Below, piece by piece: positions 47,976 through 57,323 of a stretch of DNA of 64,000 nt. Position 1 is the stretch's first letter. Every line of letters starts with the position of its first letter. Below the pieces are notes generated by a model, which saw only the letters and a list, made by a program, of their open reading frames with translations, was not told where the DNA came from and searched no databases. The stretch comes from Thalassobaculaceae bacterium (lineage in GTDB: Bacteria > Pseudomonadota > Alphaproteobacteria > Thalassobaculales > Thalassobaculaceae). Where the stretch lies: assembly GCA_965228875.1 (NCBI GenBank), contig OZ245843.1:3454616-3518615 (forward strand). The letters run 5' to 3'. Position numbers and translations under genes: made by a program.

Positions 47976-48068
47976 CTGTCGGCACTCCCTAACTTTCCCT
48001 CGCATCATTTGAGCAAGCCCGCGTAAATAAATGCTTAAACCCCCAGCGGGCGCAGCCGGGACCGTCAG

Positions 48069-49853
48069 ATGACCGTCGATCAGATCCTCACCCTTCTGCT
48101 ACTCGGCGTCGTCGTCACCCTGTTCATCTGGGGACGTTGGCGGGTCGATGTGGTGGCCATGCTGGCGCTCGTCGCCACGGTCCCGCTGGGCCTCGTCCCG
48201 TCGGACGAGGTCTTCAGCGGCTTCGGCCATCCGGCGGTGATCACCGTGGCGGCCGTGTTGGCGCTGTCCTCTGGCCTGGCCCGATCCGGGGCGGTCGACC
48301 TGCTCGCCGCCTGGATCGAACGGTTCGCCGCCACCCGGTTGACCCAGCTCGCCGCCCTGTCGACCCTCGGCGGAACGATGTCGGGCTTCATGAACAACGT
48401 CGGCGCCCTGGCCCTGCTGATGCCGGTCGCGATCTCGATGGCGCGGCGCACCGGCTACTCCGCCTCGCTGGTGCTCATGCCGCTGTCCTTCGCGACCATT
48501 CTCGGCGGTCTCGTCACCCTGATCGGCACCCCGCCGAACGTTCTGATCGCCGACTACCATCAGCGCGTCACCGGTCATTCGTTCGAGTTGTTCGACTTCG
48601 CCTGGACCGGCGTGCCGATGGCCCTGGTCGGCATCCTGTTCCTGACGGTCGTCGGCTGGCGCCTGCTACCCGCTTCCGGTCCGAGCCGCGGCGAGGGCGA
48701 TGCGCCGTTCGACATCGACAGCTACGTGACCGAACTGGTCGTGCCGGAAGGCGCGAAGGTGATCGGCAAGACGGTCGACGAGATCGCCGAGGAGTTGGAC
48801 GCGCCGCCGCAGTTCGACGGCATCGTGCGCGGCCGCAACCGGGTGATCCGCCGGCTGCATCTGGCCCGGCTGGAGGTCGGCGACGTGCTGCTCGTCCACG
48901 GCGACACCGAGGCGATCGAGGCGCTGGTGGGACGGGGGCTGCAGATGGTCGCCGCCAAGGACCTGCGGGGCGAGGAGGGCGAGGCGCCGATCGACCACAA
49001 GGCGCTGGCGATCGTCGAGGCCGTGGTGATGCCGCGATCCTGGCTCGAGGGTCGCACGCCGGCGCTGATCACGCTGCGCTCGCGCTATGGCATCAATCTG
49101 CTGGCCATCGCCCGCTCCGGCGAGGCGGTCCGCAGCCGGCTGCGCGACGTCCGGTTCCGCGCCGGCGACGTCGTCCTGCTGCAGGGCGCACGCGACCAGC
49201 TCACCGATACGGTGCGGGCTCTCGGCTGCCTGCCGCTGGCCCAGCGGAACCTGACGCTGGAGCCCCGGCGCGCCCTGGTGCCGGTGCTGGTGTTCGCGGC
49301 GGCGATCGGCGCCGCCGCCACCGGCCTGCTCCCGGCGGCCGTCGCCCTGACCGCCGGGGTCGTCGCCATGGTCCTGCTGAAGGCCCTGACCATGCGCGAG
49401 GTCTACGAGGCGATCGACTGGCAGGTCATCGTGCTGCTGGCGGCCATGATCCCGGTCGGCGGCGCCCTGGAGACATCCGGCGCGGCCCAGCTGATCGCCG
49501 ACTCCATCGCCTCGCTCGCCGGCACCGCCAATCCCCACGTGATGATCGCCCTGGTCCTGATCCTGACGATGACCCTGAGCGACATCATGAACAACGCCGC
49601 CACGGCGGTGGTCATGGCGCCGGTGTCGTTCGGTCTCGCCCAGGCGATCGGCGTCAGTCCGGACCCGATGCTGATGGCGGTCGCCGTCGGCGCCTCGAGC
49701 GCGTTCCTGACCCCGATCGGCCACCAGAACAACCTGTTGGTCATGGGGCCGGGCGGCTACCGGTTCGGCGACTACTGGCGGATGGGGCTGCCGCTCGAGA
49801 TCCTGCTGGTGGCACTGGGCGTGTGGCTGATTCCGACGGTGTGGCCATTCTGA
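48069..49853 (+). CDS. SLC13/CitMHS-type permease with two TrkA-C domains
   Basis: GFGHPAVITV, FMNN, TLIGTPPN, FLTPIGHQNN..V..PGGY.F.DY. Confidence 0.92.
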   Translation: MTVDQILTLLLLGVVVTLFIWGRWRVDVVAMLALVATVPLGLVPSDEVFSGFGHPAVITVAAVLALSSGLARSGAVDLLAAWIERFAATRLTQLAALSTLGGTMSGFMNNVGALALLMPVAISMARRTGYSASLVLMPLSFATILGGLVTLIGTPPNVLIADYHQRVTGHSFELFDFAWTGVPMALVGILFLTVVGWRLLPASGPSRGEGDAPFDIDSYVTELVVPEGAKVIGKTVDEIAEELDAPPQFDGIVRGRNRVIRRLHLARLEVGDVLLVHGDTEAIEALVGRGLQMVAAKDLRGEEGEAPIDHKALAIVEAVVMPRSWLEGRTPALITLRSRYGINLLAIARSGEAVRSRLRDVRFRAGDVVLLQGARDQLTDTVRALGCLPLAQRNLTLEPRRALVPVLVFAAAIGAAATGLLPAAVALTAGVVAMVLLKALTMREVYEAIDWQVIVLLAAMIPVGGALETSGAAQLIADSIASLAGTANPHVMIALVLILTMTLSDIMNNAATAVVMAPVSFGLAQAIGVSPDPMLMAVAVGASSAFLTPIGHQNNLLVMGPGGYRFGDYWRMGLPLEILLVALGVWLIPTVWPF

Positions 49854-49870
49854 CGGCGGCGCGGGCGCGC

Positions 49871-50770
49871 ATGGCGGCGGACGCCCGGGTCCCGCTTCTG
49901 CTCCTGCTGGTGCTGGGCAACCTGTGGGGCCTGTCGTTCTCGCTGTCCAAGATGGCGGTGCTCGGGGGTATACACCCGCTCGCCTATGTCTGGATGCAGT
50001 CGACCGGTGCCGCGGTGTTCCTGTTCATCGTCTGCCGCCGGGCGGGGGTCGCGATCCCGACCTCGCGCCGCCACCTGGCGCTCTACGGCGCGACCGGACT
50101 GGTGGGCATGGTCCTGCCCGGCATCACCATCGTGACCACGGCCCTGCACGTGCCGGCCGGGATCGTCTCGACCCTGGTCACCACCGTGCCGATGATGACC
50201 TTCGCCCTGGCCGTGACGGTCGGGGTGCAGCGGTTCGACCCCAAGGCGCTGGCCGGCCTGACGCTCGGCCTGGTCGGGGTGCTGGCACTGGTGCTCCCGG
50301 ACTCCAGCCTGCCCGACGCCGCCATGGCGCCCTGGGTGCTGTTCGGGATGCTCACGCCGGCGCTCTACGCCGCCAACAGCGTCCTGGCGGCGAAGCTGAG
50401 GCCGGCCGACACGGCGTCACTGGCCGCCGCGTTCGGCATGGTGACGTCGGCCTCGCTGTTCAGCTTCCCGGTCATGCTGGCTCTCGGCGCGTTTCACCCG
50501 CTGTTTGCCGACGCTTTCACCGGCGGCCCGCTGGCGCCCGACCTCGCCATGGTCGGCCAGATGCTGATCACCTGCGTCGCCTATGTGATGTATTTCGAGA
50601 TCAACGCCCGGACCGGCCCGGTCTATCTCAGCCAGGTCAGCTACGTGGTCAACGTGGCGGGGCTGTTCTGGGGGTTCATGATCTTCGCGGAGGTGCCGTC
50701 GCCCTGGCTCTGGGCGACGGTTGCGTTGGTGTTCTCCGGCGTCTACCTGGTCAATCGCGGCACCCGGTAG
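49871..50770 (+). CDS. DMT/EamA-family transporter
   Basis: LWGLSF, about 10 TMs, GPVYLSQVSY...WG..IFAE. Confidence 0.9.
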   Translation: MAADARVPLLLLLVLGNLWGLSFSLSKMAVLGGIHPLAYVWMQSTGAAVFLFIVCRRAGVAIPTSRRHLALYGATGLVGMVLPGITIVTTALHVPAGIVSTLVTTVPMMTFALAVTVGVQRFDPKALAGLTLGLVGVLALVLPDSSLPDAAMAPWVLFGMLTPALYAANSVLAAKLRPADTASLAAAFGMVTSASLFSFPVMLALGAFHPLFADAFTGGPLAPDLAMVGQMLITCVAYVMYFEINARTGPVYLSQVSYVVNVAGLFWGFMIFAEVPSPWLWATVALVFSGVYLVNRGTR

Positions 50771-50840
50771 GCCTGTCCGGTCTTTCCCGAGAAGCCCGGC
50801 CCCGACCGAGGCGGGACCGGCCCTCCGAATAGCCGGTACT

Positions 50841-51761
50841 TCAGGCTGCCATCGCCGGCAGCTGGAAGTTCACCTTGGCCATGTCGGCGGCAAGCGCGTC
50901 CGCCTTCTCCTTCGGCAGCGGCAGGAACGGGGCGCGGATGTTGCGCCAGGCCGCCTTGCCGCTCTCGCGGGCCAGAAGCTCCTTCAGGCCGGCCGCCGCC
51001 GGATAGTTCTGCAGCGCCAGGCGCTGGGCGGTGAGCTGCTCCTGCAGGCCCTCGGCATCCGGCGCCCCGGCCTTCCACGCCGCATAGACCGCGCCGCACA
51101 GCGACGAGGTGCAGTTGCCGGTGGCCGTGATGGTGCCAACGCCACCGACCTTCAGCGTGTCGAGCAGGTAGCGCTCGGTACCGGCGAAGACGTCGAAATC
51201 CTCGAAGGACTCGGCCATCGCCTTCATGTTCTCAAAGTCGCCGGAGCTGTCCTTGACGCCACAGAACACGCCGGGGAAGTCCTTGAGGAAGCGGCCGATC
51301 AGATCGTGGCTGAACGGTACCGCCGACATCTGCGGGAAATGATAGAGGTAGACCTTCAGCCGGCTGTCGTTCACCGCCTCGAGCACCCGCGCGAAATGGG
51401 CGTAGAGGCCGTCGTCGCTGGGGTTCTTGTAGTAGAACGGCGGCAGCATCAGCGCCGACTCGATGCCGATCTCCAGCGTCTTGCGGGTCAGATCGACGGT
51501 GTCCGGCAGCGCGCAGCAGCCGGTGCCGATCATCATCTTGTCCTTCGGCAGGTCGGAGGCGCCGAGAGCGTCGAGGAAGTCGAGACGCTCCTTCAGCGAC
51601 AGCGAGTTGGCCTCGCCGGTGGTGCCGAACAGCACCACGCCGTCGCAGCCGTTGGCGAGCAGCCACCTGCTGTGGTCCAGCGTTCCCTGGACGTCGATGG
51701 ACAGATCGTCGTTGAACGCGGTCAGGCCTGCGGCCATCACGCCCTTGATTCGCTCGCTCAT
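50841..51761 (-). CDS. DapA/NAL-family aldolase/lyase (substrate unknown)
   Basis: GTTGE, PPFYY, LYHFP, GVKDSSG; lacks the DHDPS YNVPxRT arginine. Confidence 0.9.
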   Translation of the reverse strand: MSERIKGVMAAGLTAFNDDLSIDVQGTLDHSRWLLANGCDGVVLFGTTGEANSLSLKERLDFLDALGASDLPKDKMMIGTGCCALPDTVDLTRKTLEIGIESALMLPPFYYKNPSDDGLYAHFARVLEAVNDSRLKVYLYHFPQMSAVPFSHDLIGRFLKDFPGVFCGVKDSSGDFENMKAMAESFEDFDVFAGTERYLLDTLKVGGVGTITATGNCTSSLCGAVYAAWKAGAPDAEGLQEQLTAQRLALQNYPAAAGLKELLARESGKAAWRNIRAPFLPLPKEKADALAADMAKVNFQLPAMAA

Positions 51762-51843
51762 CGGGCTCCTCCCGGCGGTGTGTTGAGCGGCGACAATATG
51801 GCGGCGCCTGCCGCCGATCAAGATGGTCCCGGCCGCGAGCCGT

Positions 51844-52437
51844 CTACGACGTTCCCTCGATATAGCCGCGCAGGGTCTCCGCCATCTTCTCCGGCGCCAC
51901 GCCGTGGCCGAAATGCGTCACGTACCGGCCGTCCGGGTCGAGCAGGTAGGTGATGGTCGAATGATCCATCAAGTACTCGGTCGCATCCTCGGATTCGACC
52001 TTGGCGTAGTAGACGCGGAACTCCTTGGCCGCGGCCGCCACCTGCGCCTGGGTACCGGTCAGCATGCTGAAACGCGGGTGGAAGGCCTCGTGGTAGGCGG
52101 CAAGCTGCTCCGGCGTGTCCCGCTGAGGGTCGATGGTGATGAAGATCGGCGACACCTGATCGGCAAGCGGGCCCAGCTGGTCGAGCGCCGTCGTCACCGT
52201 CCACAGATTGGTCGGACAGATGTCCGGACAGTAGGTGTAGCCGAAGAACACGATCTGCCAGGTTCCCTGATAGGTCTCCTCGGTCACCTCGGCGCCGGTC
52301 TGGTCGATGAGCGCGTATGGGCCGCCGACATCGACCGTCCCGTCGCGGGACTGCCAGATGAGGTAGCCGGCGGTGACGGTTCCGGCCAGCGCCGCGGTGA
52401 GCAGGGTGACGACGAGGAAGAAGACGCGCGAGGACAT
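51844..52437 (-). CDS. SCO1/SenC-family copper chaperone
   Basis: FGYTYCPDICP (CxxxC), IDPQRD, YLMDHS. Confidence 0.95.
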   Translation of the reverse strand: MSSRVFFLVVTLLTAALAGTVTAGYLIWQSRDGTVDVGGPYALIDQTGAEVTEETYQGTWQIVFFGYTYCPDICPTNLWTVTTALDQLGPLADQVSPIFITIDPQRDTPEQLAAYHEAFHPRFSMLTGTQAQVAAAAKEFRVYYAKVESEDATEYLMDHSTITYLLDPDGRYVTHFGHGVAPEKMAETLRGYIEGTS

Positions 52438-52578
52438 GGGATCACCCGGAGAGGACCATGGAGGCGGCGGAACGGGCACCGCGTGACGGTGATATGGGAG
52501 CGCAGGCGCCGCGTCAAAACCCGCATTGGATCGTACGGCGCAATTGCCGCACGGTCGGCATCCTCATAGGCTTGCGCC

Positions 52579-53343
52579 ATGGGCGTCCCGCACGCGATCC
52601 GGATCTTCGTCGGCACCGCCGAGGGCTCGCGCCTGGCCGAGCGGCTGGCGGACCGGTTCGCGGCGCGTGCGACGATCCGCGCGACCCTTCACGGCGGCGC
52701 CCGCCCGCCACGGGGCTGCGCCGTCGATCGGATCGGCGACGTGTCGGTCGACCCCGACGAGGCCGCGGCGGTCGACGCGCTCGACCCGTTCGATCACGAG
52801 AGCGTGCGCGCGGTGCGTGAGTCCGCACGGCGCCACGGTATCGCCCGCCTGAGTTACCGGCCGCGCGGCTGGGAGCGCCATCCGCTGGATCGCTGGATCG
52901 AGGTCCGGGATCTGGCCGGTGCGGTCGGCGCGATCGCTTCGGTGGCCGGTACCGCCCTGCTCTGGCTGCCGCCGCGCGACGTCGCCGCCTTCGAGCCCGT
53001 CGGCGGCCTGCGGTTCCCGACCCGCCTGGCGCGCGCACCCGCCGCCTGGTCCCTGCCGGCCCGGTTCGAGCCGATCGTCGTCCCACCCCCCTACAACGTC
53101 GCCGGCGACCGCCTGCTTCTGCGCCGAACCGGCGCCGAGGCCGTGGTGATGCGCGCGACCGGCGCCGAGAACGACGGCCCCCTGGTCCGCGCCGCCCGTG
53201 GGCTCGACCTGCCGATCGTCATGATCCGCCGTCCGGTCGAGCGCGGTGAAGTGCCCGCCCGCTCGGTCGATGTCGCTGTCGACTGGGTCGATGCCATCCT
53301 CGACCCGCCCGACTACCTCAGAACCGCCAGGGAGTGGCGTTGA
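52579..53343 (+). CDS. cobK: CobK/CbiJ-like protein (precorrin-6A reductase fold), degenerate motifs
   Basis: GT.EG..LA, VDALDPF, RP..W, AAR.L.LPIVMIRRP; next to cob genes. Confidence 0.7.
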   Translation: MGVPHAIRIFVGTAEGSRLAERLADRFAARATIRATLHGGARPPRGCAVDRIGDVSVDPDEAAAVDALDPFDHESVRAVRESARRHGIARLSYRPRGWERHPLDRWIEVRDLAGAVGAIASVAGTALLWLPPRDVAAFEPVGGLRFPTRLARAPAAWSLPARFEPIVVPPPYNVAGDRLLLRRTGAEAVVMRATGAENDGPLVRAARGLDLPIVMIRRPVERGEVPARSVDVAVDWVDAILDPPDYLRTAREWR

Positions 53344-53932
53344 CGAAGACCACGGCCGCCTGACCGTCCGGATACAGGTCGATCCGGGTCAGCGACACGG
53401 TCTCGGTGTGGAACGACAGCGCCCGCTCGGGCGCCAGCGACAGCGCATGGGCCAGTGCCGCCCGGATCGCGCCGCCATGGGAAACGGCGACGACGTCGCG
53501 CCCCGGCGCCTTGGCGCTCCACTCCTCCAGTGCCGCGCGGACCCGCTCGACCACATCGACGAAGCTCTCACCGTTCGGCGCCCGCTCGTCCGCCGGAGCC
53601 AGCCAGAACCGGCGATAGGCCTCCGGGTGCCGGGCCCTGACCTCCTCGCGGTTGCCGCCCTGCCAGTCGCCGAAATGCTGTTCCATCAGGCGCGGCTCGT
53701 CGATCGGCTCCGGCCCTTGGGCACCGGCGGCCCTGAGGGCGGCGGCGGTCTTGCGGGTCCGGGTCAGCGGGCTCTGCAGCCACAGCGCGTCGGCCGGCAG
53801 GTTGCCGGCGACGGCGGCGAAGACCCGGCTGTCCGACACATCGCAGTCGATGTCGCGCTGGCCGTAGATGGCGTTGGTCGGATTGATCACCGGCGCGTGA
53901 CGCACCAGCCACCAGCGGGTCGGCGTGGGCAT
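53318..53932 (-). CDS. Histidine phosphatase, candidate alpha-ribazole/cobalamin phosphatase (CobC-like)
   Basis: LVRHA, SPLTRT, EQHFGDWQG, GESF, SHGG; co-oriented downstream of cobS. Confidence 0.85.
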   Translation of the reverse strand: MPTPTRWWLVRHAPVINPTNAIYGQRDIDCDVSDSRVFAAVAGNLPADALWLQSPLTRTRKTAAALRAAGAQGPEPIDEPRLMEQHFGDWQGGNREEVRARHPEAYRRFWLAPADERAPNGESFVDVVERVRAALEEWSAKAPGRDVVAVSHGGAIRAALAHALSLAPERALSFHTETVSLTRIDLYPDGQAAVVFVNATPWRF

Positions 53933-53955
53933 GGGATTCTCCTCGGACAGCGGGC

Positions 53956-54750
53956 TCAGATGGCGAGATAGGCGGCGACGACGGCGAGCGCGGCGGTCTC
54001 GGCCACCTGCTCGGCGGCGCCGAGAACATCGCCGGTGACGCCGCCGATGTGCCGGCGCGCGAGGACGCCGACCAGGATGGCGCCCCCCGCGGCAGCCAGC
54101 GCGGCGGCCAGCCCGATCCCGGCCGGCAGAACGAACAGGGCGACGGCGAGCGCGATGCCGCCGGCCCAGGCAGCGCCGGCGCGTCCCGGCTTTCCGGCCG
54201 ACCGTCCGAGCCCATCCTCGGCGGCAAAGGGCAGCGACCGGGCCAGCGCCGGCAGGACGCCCCGGGCCAGCGCGTGCGCGGCGATCAGCGCCGCAAGCGC
54301 GTTCTCGCCGGACAGGGCCGACAGGCAGGCGGCCTTGAAACCGATCGCGAGAACCAGGGCCAGCACGCCGTAGCTGCCGATCCGGCTGTCGCGCATGATG
54401 CGGCGCTTGGCCGCGGCGTCGCGACCGCCACCGAACCCGTCGACGACATCCGCCAGTCCGTCCTCGTGCAGCGCCCCGGTGGCCAGCGCCGCGGCGGCAA
54501 GGGCGACGAGTGCGGCGGCGGTCTGGGGCAGGCCGATCCCCTCGGCGGCGGCGAAGGCGAGGCCGGCGATCAGCCCGACCGCGACCCCGACAGCGGGAAA
54601 GGCCCAGCTCGCCGTCATCAGCGGTCCGGGATCGCCGATCCGCGTCGGCCAGGGCAACCGGGTCAGGAACGCCATGGCCAGGGCGAGTTCTTCGAGCCAG
54701 CGCGAACTCGGGGCGCCGGTGCCGGCCTCCGGCGGGGGGGTGTCGCTCAT
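53956..54750 (-). CDS. cobS: Adenosylcobinamide-GDP ribazoletransferase (cobalamin synthase)
   Basis: FLTRLP, TGALHEDGLAD..DG, IMRDSRIGSYG, GGVTGDVLGA. Confidence 0.95.
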   Translation of the reverse strand: MSDTPPPEAGTGAPSSRWLEELALAMAFLTRLPWPTRIGDPGPLMTASWAFPAVGVAVGLIAGLAFAAAEGIGLPQTAAALVALAAAALATGALHEDGLADVVDGFGGGRDAAAKRRIMRDSRIGSYGVLALVLAIGFKAACLSALSGENALAALIAAHALARGVLPALARSLPFAAEDGLGRSAGKPGRAGAAWAGGIALAVALFVLPAGIGLAAALAAAGGAILVGVLARRHIGGVTGDVLGAAEQVAETAALAVVAAYLAI

Positions 54751-54845
54751 GGCGGTGGTCTGCCTTTGCGTCGCATCGGTCGAGCGGGTATAGCCTTCGC
54801 CCGACACCGCAACAACCTCGGCCTCGCGCCGACCGACGAGGGTTC

Positions 54846-55880
54846 ATGCCCAGCACCGGATTCGATCCCGCCGACGCCTCGCTCGACGAGATCCGCGCCC
54901 TGTTCAAGGAACTGCCCGGCCCGGATCTGGAGGCCGCGACCGCCGCCGCCGAGCGCGAGGTGCAGCTGACCAAACCGCGCGGCTCGCTTGGCCGGCTAGA
55001 GGAGCTGGCGGGATGGCTGGCCACCTGGCAGGGCCGCCATCCGCCGCAGATGCGCCATCCCCGCACCGCGGTGTTCGCGGCCAATCACGGCGTGGCGGCC
55101 CGCGGCGTCTCGGCCTACCCGGCCGAGGTCACCGAACAGATGGTGCAGAACTTCGTCGCCGGCGGCGCAGCGGTGAACCAGTTGTGCCAAGCCTTCGACG
55201 CCGACCTGCGGGTCTACGAGATGGCGCTGGAGCAGCCGACCGGCGACTTCACCCAGGGTCCCGCGATGGACGACGGTGCCTGCGCCCGGGCCATGGCCTA
55301 CGGGATGATGGCGGTGGAGCCGAACCTGGACGCGCTCTGCCTCGGCGAGATGGGCATCGCCAACACCACGTCGGCCGCCGCCCTGGCCTGCGCCCTGTTC
55401 GGCGGCGCGGCCTCGGACTGGGTGGGTCGCGGCACCGGGGTCAGCGGCGACGCGCTGGCCCGCAAGACCGAGGTGGTCGCCGAAGGGGTGGCGAAACACG
55501 CGCACCTGACCGACCCGCTCGACAAGCTCGCCGCCCTCGGCGGGCTGGAGCTTGCGGCGATCGCCGGCGCGGTCATGGCCGCCCGCCTCGCCCGCACCCC
55601 GGTGGTGCTCGACGGTTTCGCCTGCACGGTCGCCGCGTCGGCTCTGTGGAAGGTCGATTCGACGGCACTGGATCACTGCATCGTCGCGCACCGCTCGGTC
55701 GAACCCGGTCACGCCCGCCTGCTGCAGATCATCGACAAGGAGCCGCTGTTCGATTTCGGCATGCGTCTCGGCGAGGGCAGCGGCGCGACGCTGGCGATCG
55801 GCATCCTGCGCGCCGCCGCCGACTGCCATGCTGGCATGGCGACGTTCGCGTCGGCCGGCGTATCCGGCCCGGCCGGTTGA
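54846..55880 (+). CDS. cobT: Nicotinate-nucleotide--dimethylbenzimidazole phosphoribosyltransferase
   Basis: LTKPRGSLGRLE, GVSAYP, GEMGIANTT, RLGEGSGA, MATF. Confidence 0.96.
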   Translation: MPSTGFDPADASLDEIRALFKELPGPDLEAATAAAEREVQLTKPRGSLGRLEELAGWLATWQGRHPPQMRHPRTAVFAANHGVAARGVSAYPAEVTEQMVQNFVAGGAAVNQLCQAFDADLRVYEMALEQPTGDFTQGPAMDDGACARAMAYGMMAVEPNLDALCLGEMGIANTTSAAALACALFGGAASDWVGRGTGVSGDALARKTEVVAEGVAKHAHLTDPLDKLAALGGLELAAIAGAVMAARLARTPVVLDGFACTVAASALWKVDSTALDHCIVAHRSVEPGHARLLQIIDKEPLFDFGMRLGEGSGATLAIGILRAAADCHAGMATFASAGVSGPAG

Positions 55881-56485
55881 CCGCGCCCGTGGCCATAAAG
55901 CCCTCCCGCTGGACCGTCGAAAGCAGTCGGATGGAGTTCTCCGATCGCTTCATCCGTCACCGCATGGACCGCTGCCTCACCGAGCGCGGCAGCGTGCTCG
56001 ACCCCTACCACGTCCTGGAACTGAACGACTGGTGCATGGTCGTCGCCCTGACGGTGGAGGGCGATCTGGTGCTGGTCGAAGAGTACCGCCATGCCGCCGG
56101 CGAGGTCGTCCGGGGCCTGCCCTCGGGCACGGTCGAGGCCGGGGAGGATCCGGCCCGCGCCATGCCGCGCGAACTGATGGAGGAGACCGGCTACGACGGT
56201 GGGGAGTGGATCACCCTGCCGCCGTTCTGGTCCAACCCGGCGACGGCGACCAATACCTGCCACGTCTATCTGGCGCTCGGCGTCGAGCCGACCGGGACGC
56301 AGGCGCTGGATCCGGGGGAGACCATCTCCGTCCTCGCCGTCGACCCCGCCGAAGCGCTGGCCGACGCCCTGGCCGGGCGGTGGAAGACCAACGGGCTGCA
56401 CCTCGCGACCCTGCTGCTCGCCCGCGAAATCGCGGCGCGCGACCTGGCGGACCGGCCGGCGACGGCGAGGCTGATCGCCGCCTGA
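55877..56485 (+). CDS. NUDIX hydrolase (ADP-ribose pyrophosphatase-like)
   Basis: EYRH, LPSGTVEAGE.P.....RELMEETG Nudix box, LDPGE; TTG start overlaps the cobT stop (alternative GTG at 55889). Confidence 0.88.
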   Translation: MTAPVAIKPSRWTVESSRMEFSDRFIRHRMDRCLTERGSVLDPYHVLELNDWCMVVALTVEGDLVLVEEYRHAAGEVVRGLPSGTVEAGEDPARAMPRELMEETGYDGGEWITLPPFWSNPATATNTCHVYLALGVEPTGTQALDPGETISVLAVDPAEALADALAGRWKTNGLHLATLLLAREIAARDLADRPATARLIAA

Positions 56486-56486
56486 C

Positions 56487-57323
56487 CTACTCCCCGGTCT
56501 GCAGCAGGCGGCCCTCCTCGCGGGCCTTGGCGAAGGCCCAGGCGAAGGTGGCGCCGCCGATTCCCAGATAGACCAGATCGAGCAGCACCGCCCGTCCCAG
56601 CAGATCCCAGCGGAATACCCCCTCGACCATGAGCGCCCGCATGCCTTCGAACACATGCGCCGACGGAGTCAGCCAGGCGAGCCAGCGCACCGATTCCGGC
56701 AGGATCTCGACCGGGTAGTAGACCGCGCTGATCGGCGCCAGCGCGAACATCGCCACCCAGGCGAGCGATTCCGCCCCGAGTCCGGCCCGCAGCACCACGG
56801 CCACGATCACCATGCCGATTCCCCAGCCCATCGCGATCAACGCGAGGAAGAAGGCGATCAGCGGCAGACCGAGATCGAAGATCGAGAAGCTGTACAGCAG
56901 AATGGCGATGACCGCCGCGAAGACGCCGCCGAGCAGGGTGCGGATCACGCTCATCACGGTCAGTGCCGTCACCAGTTCCCACGGCCGCAGCGGGCTGACG
57001 AAGAGATGGCCGAGGTTGCGCGACCACATCTCCTCCAGGAAGCAGATGGTGAACCCGATCTGGCCGCGGAACAGGACGTCCCACAGCAGCACCCCCGCGA
57101 TCAGCACACCACCAGCCTGGGCCAGCCAGCTCGACTGGGTCATGAAGAACTGCGACACCAGTCCCCACAGGATCATCTGCACCGTCGGCCAGTAGGCCAG
57201 TTCGGCCAACCGGGGCCAGGAGCCGCGGATCAGGTACCAGTAGCGCCGAACCATGGCGGCGATCCGGCGCAGCGAGGCCGCGGCGCCGCGGTCGGCGCGG
57301 CCGGCGGATGCGGACAGGCTCAT
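56487..57323 (-). CDS. ABC-2 type exporter permease
   Basis: EEMWSRNL..LF.SP, YYP...LP, FEGMR; about 6 TMs. Confidence 0.9.
   Translation of the reverse strand: MSLSASAGRADRGAAASLRRIAAMVRRYWYLIRGSWPRLAELAYWPTVQMILWGLVSQFFMTQSSWLAQAGGVLIAGVLLWDVLFRGQIGFTICFLEEMWSRNLGHLFVSPLRPWELVTALTVMSVIRTLLGGVFAAVIAILLYSFSIFDLGLPLIAFFLALIAMGWGIGMVIVAVVLRAGLGAESLAWVAMFALAPISAVYYPVEILPESVRWLAWLTPSAHVFEGMRALMVEGVFRWDLLGRAVLLDLVYLGIGGATFAWAFAKAREEGRLLQTGE

Noticed and set aside
50841..51761. Calling this gene dapA
   Set aside because: It lacks the DHDPS-specific arginine motif, so only a family-level call is supported.
52438..52578. Cobalamin riboswitch or RegA box near the cob/SCO genes
   Set aside because: No B12-box core is visible, and GC-rich RegA-like dyads are too degenerate to support in this background.
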